Positions 51,547 through 64,000 of a stretch of 64,000 nucleotides of DNA are shown piece by piece (position 1 is the first letter of the stretch; every line of letters starts with the position of its first letter). Made by a program: the position numbers and the translations under genes. The stretch is from Eledone cirrhosa. Lineage: Eukaryota. The notes beneath the pieces are model-generated. The model saw only the letters and a program-made list of their open reading frames with translations. It did not search any database and had not been told where the DNA came from. The DNA lies in contig OZ024758.1 in NCBI GenBank assembly GCA_964016885.1, forward strand, positions 24,304,001 through 24,368,000, given 5' to 3'.

Positions 51547-52207
51547 TTAAAGGCTATTTAAAAAAATAAATGTTAAAAAATTGACAACTTGTATCACATC
51601 AGGTATAATAGATTGTTTCGGGAAATATCCATTATAAGATTCCAAGATTAGACTTCACTGATAATAAAGAGAGAATTTATCAGCAGAGGTCTTTATAAGC
51701 TGACTGACTAAATCTATAGAATGCCTTTAATCTAGAAATACATAGCTTTATCTTTTGCTTAGGCTGTCACAGTATCATTCAGAATAGAATTTTTTAAAGG
51801 TTTGGGTTTGTTCGTTTTTTTAAATATAAACTTTTCAATATTCATAGATAAGTATGGTCTAAATTTCCTAAAAAAAAAAAACATAAAATGAAGAAAAGGA
51901 TTTTGTAGTTTTGAGATAAACTTTTTTCTTAAGATGATTTAGAAATGAATGCTTCGATTTAAAGAACATTTTTGTAGACTCAAACAAAATGTTACTATTA
52001 AAATACCTCTAGTTTTACAAGAATCAACCATACTGTACACACAGCATTGAAGAGCTAACCAATACTATTATAAGCATATGTATAATACTGCCATTACCTC
52101 CCTTTATTTATTAATTGACTGATAAGCAGATCAATATGAACACATACAAATACCAAGGGCATATTGCTGGGGATGTAGTTGCATCCCCGCAAAAAGAATG
52201 TCAGAGA

Positions 52208-52392
52208 ATTTAGTCACTGTTGCCAGAAAATTTAGTCATTGTTGCCAGAAAATTTTAGTCATTGTTGTCAGAAAATTTTAGTCATTGTTGTCAGAAAATT
52301 TTAGTCATTGTTGTCAGAAAATTTTAGTCATTGTTGTCAGAAAATTTTAGTCATTGTTGTCAGAAAATTTTAGTCATTGTTGTCAGAAAATT
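52208..52392. repeat. 23-bp minisatellite, about 8 copies
   Basis: Unit AAAATTTTAGTCATTGTTGTCAG. Confidence 0.9.
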
Positions 52393-52552
52393 ATGAAGAT
52401 CTGCATACCGCAAAATGATAGAGCAATAAGCTTATGTCAAATACAGATATAAACCACATCAAGTAAGACCATTACTAATATATATATAATCACCAGCATC
52501 TAAATTATCTCAATTTAATTCGTACATAAACAAAATTTATGTATATCTAACA

Positions 52553-52739
52553 CAGGGTTTCCCAACATTTTTCAAATGTGGAAACCATTTTGGGGTTCGG
52601 AAACATTTGTAGGAACCCCAAAGTCTAATACTGCTATATGGTCATGATATAAATATACTCCTCTACCTTATTTCATGGAACCCCAGACTCTGGTTTGCGG
52701 AATCCTTGGGTTTCACGGAACCCACTTTGGGAATCACTG
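52553..52739. mobile_element. hAT-type MITE
   Basis: TIR CAGGGTTTCCCAA / TTGGGAATCACTG; TSD (A/G)TCTAACA. Confidence 0.7.
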
Positions 52740-52817
52740 GTCTAACAGAAACATAGAAATGCTCCTGGAATAATCTGTAAAAATCTTCTAAACATGTTTC
52801 ATCATAAAACTAACAGT

Positions 52818-55800
52818 TGACAACAGTATATAGACTGACAACAGTATATAGACTGACAACAGTATATAGACTGACAACAGTATATAGACTGACAACAGTA
52901 TATAGACTGACAGCAGTATATAGACTGACAGCAGTATATAGACTGACAACAGTATTTAGACTGACAGCAGTATATAGACTGACAGCAGTATATAGACTGA
53001 CAGCAGTATATAGACTGACAACAGTATTTAGACTGACAGCAGTATATAGACTGACAACAGTATATAGACTGACAACAGTATATAGACTGACAACAGTATA
53101 TAGACTGACAACAGTATATAGACTGACAACAGTATATAGACTGACAACAGTATATAGACTGACAACAGTATATAGACTGACAACAGTATATAGACTGACA
53201 ACAGTATATAGACTGACAACAGTATATAGACTGACAACAGTATATAGACTGACAACAGTATTTAGACTGACAACAGTATATAGACTGACAACAGTATATA
53301 GACTGACAACAGTATATAGACTGACAACAGTATATAGACTGACAACAGTATATAGACTGACAACAGTATATAGACTGACAGCAGTATATAGACTGACAGC
53401 AGTATATAGACTGACAACAGTATATAGACTGACAGCAGTATATAGACTGATAGCAGTATATAGACTGACAGCAGTATATACACTGACAACAGTATATAGA
53501 CTGACAGCAGTATATACACTGACAGCAGTATATAGACTGACAGCAGTATATAGACTGACAGCAGTATATAGACTGACAACAGTATTTAGACTGACAGCAG
53601 TATATAGACTGACAACAGTATATAGACTGACAACAGTATATACACTGACAGCAATATATAGACTGACAACAGTATATAGACTGACAACAGTATATACACT
53701 GACAGCAATATATAGACTGACAACAGTATATAGACTGACAACAGTATATAGACTGACAACAGTATATAGACTGACAACAGTATATAGACTGATAGCAGTA
53801 TATAGACTGACAACAGTATATAGACTGACAACAGTATATAGACTGATAGCAGTATATAGACTGACAACAGTATATAGACTGACAACAGTATATAGACTGA
53901 CAGCAGTATATAGACTGACAACAGTATATAGACTGACAGCAGTATATAGACTGACAACAGTATATAGACTGACAGCAGTATATGGACTGACAGCAGTATA
54001 TAGACTGATAGCAGTATATAGACTGACAACAGTATATAGACTGACAACAGTATATAGACTGACAACAGTATATAGACTGATAGCAGTATATAGACTGACA
54101 ACAGTATATAGACTGACAACAGTATATAGACTGACAGCAGTATATAGACTGACAACAGTATATAGACTGACAGCAGTATATAGACTGACAACAGTATATA
54201 GACTGATAGCAGTATATAGACTGACAACAGTATATAGACTGACAACAGTATATAGACTGACAGCAGTATATAGACTGACAACAGTATATAGACTGACAAC
54301 AGTATATAGACTGACAGCAGTATATAGACTGACAACAGTATATAGACTGACAACAGTATATAGACTGACAGCAGTATATAGACTGACAACAGTATATAGA
54401 CTGACAACAGTATATAGACTGACAGCAGTATATAGACTGACAACAGTATATAGACTGACAACAGTATATAGACTGACAACAGTATATACACTGACAGCAG
54501 TATATGGACTGACAGCAGTATATAGACTGATAGCAGTATATAGACTGACAACAGTATATAGACTGACAGCAGTATATAGACTGACAACAGTATATAGACT
54601 GACAACAGTATATAGACTGACAGCAGTATATAGACTGACAACAGTATATAGACTGACAGCAGTATATGGACTGACAGCAGTATATAGACTGACAGCAGTA
54701 TATAGACTGACAACAGTATATAGACTGACAACAGTATATAGACTGACAGCAGTATATAGACTGACAACAGTATATAGACTGACAACAGTATATAGACTGA
54801 CAACAGTATATAGACTGACAACAGTATATAGACTGACAGCAGTATATAGACTGACAACAGTATATAGACTGACAACAGTATATAGACTGACAACAGTATA
54901 TAGACTGACAACAGTATATAGACTGACAACAGTATATAGACTGACAGCAGTATATAGACTGACAACAGTATATAGACTGACAACAGTATATAGACTGACA
55001 ACAGTATATAGACTGACAGCAGTATATAGACTGACAACAGTATATAGACTGACAACAGTATATAGACTGACAGCAGTATATAGACTGACAACAGTATATA
55101 GACTGATAGCAGTATATAGACTGACAGCAGTATATAGACTGACAGCAGTATATACACTGACAGCAGTATATACACTGACAACAGTATATAGACTGACAAC
55201 AGTATATAGACTGACAGCAGTATATAGACTGACAACAGTATATAGACTGACAGTAGTATATAGACTGACAGCAGTATATAGACTGACAACAGTATATAGA
55301 CTGACAACCGTATATAGACTGACAACAGTATATAGACTGACAAAAGTATATAGACTGACAGCAGTATATAGACTGACAGCAGTATATAGACTGACAGCAA
55401 TATATAGACTGACAACAGTATATAGACTGATAACAGTATATAGACTGACAGCAGTATATAGAAAATAGCAGTATATAGACTGACAGCAGTATATAGACTG
55501 ACAACAGTATATAGACTGACAGCAGTATATAGACTGACAACAGTGTATAGACTGACAGCAGTATATAGACTGACAACAGTATATAGACTGACAACAGTAT
55601 ATAGACTGACAACAGTATATAGACTGACAGCAGTATATAGACTGACAACAGTATATAGACTGACAGCAGTATATAGACTGACAACAGTATATAGACTGAC
55701 AACAGTATATAGACTGACAACAGTATATAGACTGACAACAGTATATAGACTGACAGCAGTATATAGACTGACAACAGTATATAGACTGACAACAGTATAT

Positions 55801-58800
55801 AGACTGACAACAGTATATAGACTGACAACAGTATATAGACTGACAACAGTATATAGACTGACAGCAGTATATAGACTGACAGCAGTATATAGACTGACAG
55901 CAGTATATAGGTTGACAGCAGTATATAGGCTGACAACAGTATATAGACTGACAACAGTATATAGACTGACAACAGTATATAGACTGACAACAGTATATAG
56001 ACTGACAACAGTATATAGACTGACAACAGTATATAGACTGACAACAGTATATAGACTGACAGCAGTATATAGACTGACAACAGTATATAGACTGACAACA
56101 GTATATAGACTGACAGCAGTATATAGAAAATAGCAGTATATAGACTGACAGCAGTATATAGACTGACAACAGTATATAGACTGACAACAGAATATAGACT
56201 GACAGCAATATATAGACTGACAACAGTGTATAGACTGACAACAGTATATAGACTGACAACAGTATATAGACTGACAGCAGTATATAGACTGACAGCAGTA
56301 TATACACTGACAACAGTATATAGACTGACAGCAGTATATACACTGACAACAGTATATAGACTGACAGCAGTATATAGACTGACAGCAGTATATAGACTGA
56401 CAACAGTATATAGACTGACAACAGTATATAGACTGACAACAGTATATAGACTGACAGCAGTATATAGACTGACAACAGTATATAGACTGATAGCAGTATA
56501 TAGACTGACAGCAGTATATAGACTGACAGCAGTATATACACTGACAGCAGTATATACACTGACAACAGTATATAGACTGACAACAGTATATAGACTGACA
56601 GCAGTATATAGACTGACAACAGTATATAGACTGACAGTAGTATATAGACTGACAGCAGTATATAGACTGACAACAGTATATAGACTGACAGTAGTATATA
56701 GACTGACAGCAGTATATAGACTGACAACAGCATATAGACTGACAGCAGTATATAGACTGACAGCAGTATATAGACAGACAGCAGTATATAGACTGACAGC
56801 AATATATAGACTGACAACAGTATATAGACTGATAACAGTATATAGACTGACAGCAGTATATAGAAAATAGCAGTATATAGACTGACAGCAGTATATAGAC
56901 TGACAACAGTATATAGACTGACAGCAGTATATAGACTGACAACAGTGTATAGACTGACAGCAGTATATAGACTGACAACAGTATATAGACTGACAACAGT
57001 ATATAGACTGACAACAGTATATAGACTGACAGCAGTATATAGACTGACAACAGTATATAGACTGACAACAGTATATAGACTGACAACAGTATATAGACTG
57101 ACAACAGTATATAGACTGACAACAGTATATAGACTGACAGCAGTATATAGAAAATAGCAGTATATAGACTGACAGCAGTATATAGACTGACAACAGTATA
57201 TAGACTGACAGCAGTATATAGACTGACAACAGTATATAGACTGACAACAGTATATAGACTGACAACAGTATATAGACTGACAGCAGTATATAGACTGACA
57301 ACAGTATATAGACTGACAACAGTATATAGACTGACAACAGTATATAGACTGACAGCAGTATATAGAAAATAGCAGTATATAGACTGACAGCAGTATATAG
57401 ACTGACAACAGTATATAGACTGACAGCAGTATATAGACTGACAACAGTATATAGACTGACAACAGTATATAGACTGACAACAGTATATAGACTGACAGCA
57501 GTATATAGACTGACAGCAGTATATAGAAAATAGCAGTATATAGACTGACAGCAGTATATAGACTGACAACAGTATATAGACTGACAGCAGTATATAGACT
57601 GACAACAGTATATAGACTGACAACAGTATATAGACTGACAACAGTATATAGACTGACAACAGTATATAGACTGACAACAGTATATAGACTGACAGCAGTA
57701 TATAGAAAATAGCAGTATATAGACTGACAGCAGTATATAGACTGACAACAGTATATAGACTGACAGCAGTATATAGACTGACAACAGTATATAGACTGAC
57801 AACAGTATATAGACTGACAACAGTATATAGACTGACAGCAGTATATAGACTGACAGCAGTATATAGGCTGACAGCAGTATATAGAAAATAGCAGTATATA
57901 GACTGACAACAGTATATAGACTGACAACAGTATATAGACTGACAACAGTATATAGACTGACAGCAGTATATAGAAAATAGCAGTATATAGACTGACAGCA
58001 GTATATAGACTGACAACAGTATATAGACTGACAGCAGTATATAGACTGACAACAGTATATAGACTGACAACAGTATATAGACTGACAACAGTATATAGAC
58101 TGACAGCAGTATATAGAAAATAGCAGTATATAGACTGACAGCAGTATATAGACTGACAACAGTATATAGACTGACAGCAGTATATAGACTGACAACAGTA
58201 TATAGACTGACAACAGTATATAGACTGACAACAGTATATAGACTGACAGCAGTATATAGACTGACAGCAGTATATAGGCTGACAGCAGTATATAGGCTGA
58301 CAACAGTATATAGACTGACAACAGTATATAGACTGACAACAGTATATAGACTGACAACAGTATATAGACTGACAACAGTATATAGACTGACAACAGTATA
58401 TAGACTGACAACAGTATATAGACTGACAGCAGTATATAGACTGACAACAGTATATAGACTGACAACAGTATATGGACTGACAACAGTATATAGACTGACA
58501 GCAGTATATAGACTGACAACAGTATATAGACTGACAACAGTATATAGACTGACAACAGTATATAGACTGACAACAGTATATAGACTGACAACAGTATATA
58601 GACTGACAACAGTATATAGACTGACAACAGTATATAGACTGACAGCAGTATATAGACTGACAACAGTATATAGACTGACAACAGTATATAGACTGACAAC
58701 AGTATATAGACTGACAACAGTATATAGACTGACAGCAGTATATAGACTGACAACAGTATATAGACTGACAACAGTATATAGACTGACAACAGTATATAGA

Positions 58801-61438
58801 CTGACAACAGTATATAGACTGACAGCAGTATATAGAAAATAGCAGTATATAGACTGACAGCAGTATATAGACTGACAACAGTATATAGACTGACAACAGA
58901 ATATAGACTGACAGCAATATATAGACTGACAACAGTGTATAGACTGACAACAGTATATAGACTGACAACAGTATATAGACTGACAGCAGTATATAGACTG
59001 ACAGCAGTATATAGAAAATAGCAGTATATAGACTGACAGCAGTATATAGACTGACAACAGTATATAGACTGACAGCAGTATATAGACTGACAACAGTATA
59101 TAGACTGACAACAGTATATAGACTGACAACAGTATATAGACTGACAGCAGTATATAGACTGACAGCAGTATATAGGCTGACAGCAGTATATAGGCTGACA
59201 ACAGTATATAGACTGACAACAGTATATAGACTGACAACAGTATATAGACTGACAACAGTATATAGACTGACAACAGTATATAGACTGACAACAGTATATA
59301 GACTGACAACAGTATATAGACTGACAGCAGTATATAGACTGACAACAGTATATAGACTGACAACAGTATATGGACTGACAACAGTATATAGACTGACAGC
59401 AGTATATAGACTGACAACAGTATATAGACTGACAACAGTATATAGACTGACAACAGTATATAGACTGACAACAGTATATAGACTGACAACAGTATATAGA
59501 CTGACAACAGTATATAGACTGACAACAGTATATAGACTGACAGCAGTATATAGACTGACAACAGTATATAGACTGACAGCAGTATATAGACTGACAGCAG
59601 TATATAGACTGACAACAGTATATAGACTGACAGCAGTATATAGACTGACAACAGTATATAGACTGACAGCAGTATATAGACTGACAACAGTATATAGACT
59701 GACAACAGTATATAGACTGACAACAGTATATAGACTGACAGCAGTATATAGAAAATAGCAGTATATAGACTGACAGCAGTATATAGACTGACAACAGTAT
59801 ATAGACTGACAACAGTATATAGACTGACAACAGAATATAGACTGACAGCAGTATATAGACTGACAACAGTATATAGACTGACAGCAGTATATAGAAAATA
59901 GCAGTATATAGACTGACAACAGTATATAGACTGACAACAGTATATAGACTGACAGCAGTATATAGACTGACAACAGTATATAGACTGACAGCAGTATATA
60001 GAAAATAGCAGTATATAGACTGACAACAGTATATAGACTGACAACAGTATATAGACTGACAGCAGTATATAGACTGACAACAGTATATAGACTGACAGCA
60101 GTATATAGACTGACAACAGTATATAGACTGACAACAGTATATAGACTGACAACAGTATATAGACTGACAGCAGTATATAGAAAATAGCAGTATATAGACT
60201 GACAGCAGTATATAGACTGACAACAGTATATAGACTGACAACAGAATATAGACTGACAGCAATATATAGACTGACAACAGTGTATAGACTGACAACAGTA
60301 TATAGACTGACAACAGTATATAGACTGACAGCAGTATATAGACTGACAACAGTATATAGACTGACAACAGTATATAGACTGACAACAGTATATAGACTGA
60401 CAGCAGTATATAGAAAATAGCAGTATATAGACTGACAGCAGTATATAGACTGACAACAGTATATAGACTGACAACAGTATATAGACTGACAACAGTATAT
60501 AGACTGACAGCAGTATATAGAAAATAGCAGTATATAGACTGACAACAGTATATAGACTGACAACAGTATATAGACTGACAGCAGTATATAGACTGACAAC
60601 AGTATATAGACTGACAGCAGTATATAGACTGACAACAGTATATAGACTGACAACAGTATATAGACTGACAACAGTATATAGACTGACAGCAGTATATAGA
60701 AAATAGCAGTATATAGACTGACAGCAGTATATAGACTGACAACAGTATATAGACTGACAACAGAATATAGACTGACAGCAATATATAGACTGACAACAGT
60801 GTATAGACTGACAACAGTATATAGACTGACAACAGTATATAGACTGACAGCAGTATATAGACTGACAACAGTATATAGACTGACAACAGTATATAGACTG
60901 ACAACAGTATATAGACTGACAGCAGTATATAGAAAATAGCAGTATATAGACTGACAGCAGTATATAGACTGACAACAGTATATAGACTGACAACAGTATA
61001 TAGACTGACAACAGAATATAGACTGACAGCAATATATAGACTGACAACAGTGTATAGACTGACAACAGTATATAGACTGACAACAGTATATAGACTGACA
61101 GCAGTATATAGACTGACAGCAGTATATACACTGACAACAGTATATAGACTGACAGCAGTATATACACTGACAACAGTATATAGACTGACAGCAGTATATA
61201 GACTGACAGCAGTATATAGACTGACAACAGTATATAGACTGACAACAGTATATAGACTGATAGCAGTATATAGACTGATAGCAGTATATAGACTGACAAC
61301 AGTATATAGACTGACAGCAGTATATAGACTGACAGCAGTATATCGACTGACAACAGTATATAGACTGACAACAGTATATAGACTGACAACAGTATATAGA
61401 CTGACAACAGTATATAGACTGACAACACTATATGGACT
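52818..61438. repeat. 18-bp satellite, about 8.6 kb (about 480 units)
   Basis: Unit GACTGACA(A/G)CAGTATATA, with a 17-bp variant GAAAATAGCAGTATATA from ~55460 onward. Confidence 0.97.
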
Positions 61439-61489
61439 ATATGAAGTTGAGGAGAAAACAGTTTAGAAACAGTTCTATATGATTTAATG

Positions 61490-61605
61490 ACTTAACAGTT
61501 TATATAAGGCTTAACAGTTTTATACAAGGCTTAACAGTTTTATACAAGGCTTAACAGTTTTATATAAGGCTTAACAGTTTTATATAAGGCTTAACAGTTT
61601 TATAC
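61490..61605. repeat. 20-bp minisatellite
   Basis: Unit AAGGCTTAACAGTTTTATA(T/C). Confidence 0.85.
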
Positions 61606-61834
61606 ATTAGAAACAGCACTTTTTATTCACATATAAAGAACCTGAATATATCAATAACAGAAACAACCAATCAAATTTTCCAGAAAATACAATCAGATAA
61701 CAGAAGTTTTGACTGGCAAATACTATCAACAATGGAAAGACTAAAGGAAACATTGTTTCCTTGGTTCAATTTCATGACTAGCAACTATTTATTAATACTA
61801 GATGAAAACATTTCACCTCTAAACTGTTTAATAT

Positions 61835-62031
61835 CAGACCTGCCAACTCTCCCCGTCCGACAGGGAGATCTCTCACCCACTTTGGTGTGGGTGAGAGATG
61901 ACTTCTCGTGTGAAAATGAATATAGCTTTTTCAATATGTAAAATCTCCCCATTTTGCTTCATTTCTCCCCATTTTGGGGCACTTCTTTTCATGGTACTCG
62001 CCGTTTGGGTTTTTAGAGGTTGGCAGGTCTG
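61835..62031. mobile_element. TIR MITE (197 bp)
   Basis: CAGACCTGCCAAC / GTTGGCAGGTCTG; same family as 21880-22274. Confidence 0.75.
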
Positions 62032-62299
62032 TAATATATCAACAAATACTAAATGTTATCAAAGACCAATAAGTTTTAAAAAGCCAGTACAATATATTCT
62101 TTTATTACGTATTTCACAATGCTTCATATTAACTATGGTATTGGTATGGTCCCCTAACTCCTGATAGAGTCATAAGGGTGCTGTAGTGACATACAGCGTT
62201 TCTTGGGCATTTTTAAGCCTGGCGGAGCCCATCCCTCTCCAGGCCTGAGTACAGCAGAGAAAGATAGAAAGTGAGAGAGAGAGAGGAAATGAAAAAGAG

Positions 62300-63955
62300 A
62301 TATAGAGGATGAATCGACCCCGTACTAGACTGGTACTTTTTTTTATTAGCCTTGAATGAATGAAAAACAAAGTTGACATCAGCGAGATTTAAACTCAAAG
62401 AACAGAAAGCAGGAATGAATACAATATCACAAAGCATTCTATCCGAAATATAGAGGAAGAATCTACCCCAGTACTAGACTGGTACTTTTTTTTATTAGCC
62501 TTGAATGAATGAAAAACAAAGTTGACATCAGCGAGATTTGAACTCAAAGAACAGAAAGCAGGAATGAATACAATATCACAAAGCATTCTATCCGAAATAT
62601 AGAGGAAGAATCTACCCCAGTACTAGACTGGTACTTTTTTTTATTAGCCTTGAATGAATGAAAAACAAAGTTGACATCAGCGAGATTTGAACTCAAAGAA
62701 CAGAAAGCAGGAATGAATACAATATCACAAAGCATTCTATCCGAAATATAGAGGAAGAATCTACCCCAGTACTAGACTGGTACTTTTTTTTATTAGCCTT
62801 GAATGAATGAAAAACAAAGTTGACATCAGCGAGATTTGAACTCAAAGAACAGAAAGCAGGAATGAATACAATATCACAAAGCATTCTATCCGAAATATAG
62901 AGGAAGAATCTACCCCAGTACTAGACTGGTACTTTTTTTTATTAGCCTTGAATGAATGAAAAACAAAGTTGACATCAGCGAGATTTGAACTCAAAGAACA
63001 GAAAGCAGGAATGAATACAATATCACAAAGCATTCTATCCGAAATATAGAGGAAGAATCTACCCCAGTACTAGACTGGTACTTTTTTTTATTAGCCTTGA
63101 ATGAATGAAAAACAAAGTTGACATCAGCGAGATTTGAACTCAAAGAACAGAAAGCAGGAATGAATACAATATCACAAAGCATTCTATCCGAAATATAGAG
63201 GAAGAATCTACCCCAGTACTAGACTGGTACTTTTTTTTATTAGCCTTGAATGAATGAAAAACAAAGTTGACATCAGCGAGATTTGAACTCAAAGAACAGA
63301 AAGCAGGAATGAATACAATATCACAAAGCATTCTATCCGAAATATAGAGGAAGAATCTACCCCAGTACTAGACTGGTACTTTTTTTTATTAGCCTTGAAT
63401 GAATGAAAAACAAAGTTGACATCAGCGAGATTTGAACTCAAAGAACAGAAAGCAGGAATGAATACAATATCACAAAGCATTCTATCCGAAATATAGAGGA
63501 AGAATCTACCCCAGTACTAGACTGGTACTTTTTTAATCGACCTCGAAAGGATGAAAAGCAAAGTTGACATCAGCGAGATTTGAACTCAAAGAACAGAAAG
63601 CAGGAATGAATACAATATCACAAAGCATTCTATCCGAAATATAGAGGAAGAATCTACCCCAGTACTAGACTGGTACTTTTTTAATCGACCTCGAAAGGAT
63701 GAAAAGCAAAGTTGACATCAGCGAGATTTGAACTCAAAGAACAGAAAGCAGGAATGAATACAATATCACAAAGCATTCTATCCGAAATATAGAGGAAGAA
63801 TCTACCCCAGTACTAGACTGGTACTTTTTTAATCGACCTCGAAAGGATGAAAAGCAAAGTTGACCTCAGTGGGATTTAAATTGCAAGAGCAGAGAGCCAA
63901 ATAGAATGTCATAAAGCCTTTCTATCCGATGTCCTAGCGATTCTACCATTTGCTG
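62300..63955 (-). repeat. 149-bp tandem array (about 10.5 copies) amplified inside a family-A-related SINE
   Basis: Each unit carries the B-box GAGTTCAAATC and the Meta-like core; SINE tail at 62170-62300, head near 63900-63955; single-copy relatives at 9960-10200 and 38600-38880. Confidence 0.9.
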
Positions 63956-64000
63956 CCTATATATTAACTATACTACTTTATTAAAATATTTTTTTGTTGG

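Noticed and set aside
52802-61466. Giant ORFs of 883-2872 aa
   Set aside because: Translations of an 18-bp satellite, open in all frames, with no unique domain.

Overview
AT-rich, repeat-saturated eukaryotic (metazoan) non-coding DNA. The tRNA-derived SINE families and abundant (TA)n/(CA)n/(GA)n microsatellites look octopus/coleoid-like (inference, no database search). No intact host gene is recognisable, apart from a weak two-exon candidate on the minus strand; almost all listed ORFs are repeat artefacts. Contents: (i) a 5'-truncated Penelope-like retroelement (RT C-terminus plus GIY-YIG endonuclease, Naiad-type) with 272-bp inverted termini, inserted in (TA)n; (ii) at least five sequence-distinct short elements sitting in (TA)n tracts that carry type-I hammerhead ribozyme motifs, usually as tail-out inverted pairs, one of which (3158-4005) is a 524-bp circularly permuted monomer suggestive of a retrozyme-like circular/multimeric RNA; (iii) dozens of SINEs, RTE, CRE and Vingi/Ingi-like LINE fragments, hAT, piggyBac and Tc1/mariner MITEs and Helitron-like ends; (iv) satellites of 55, 51, 20, 98, 31, 60, 73, 18 and 149 bp, several visibly born inside MITEs or SINEs; (v) a 200-N assembly gap.
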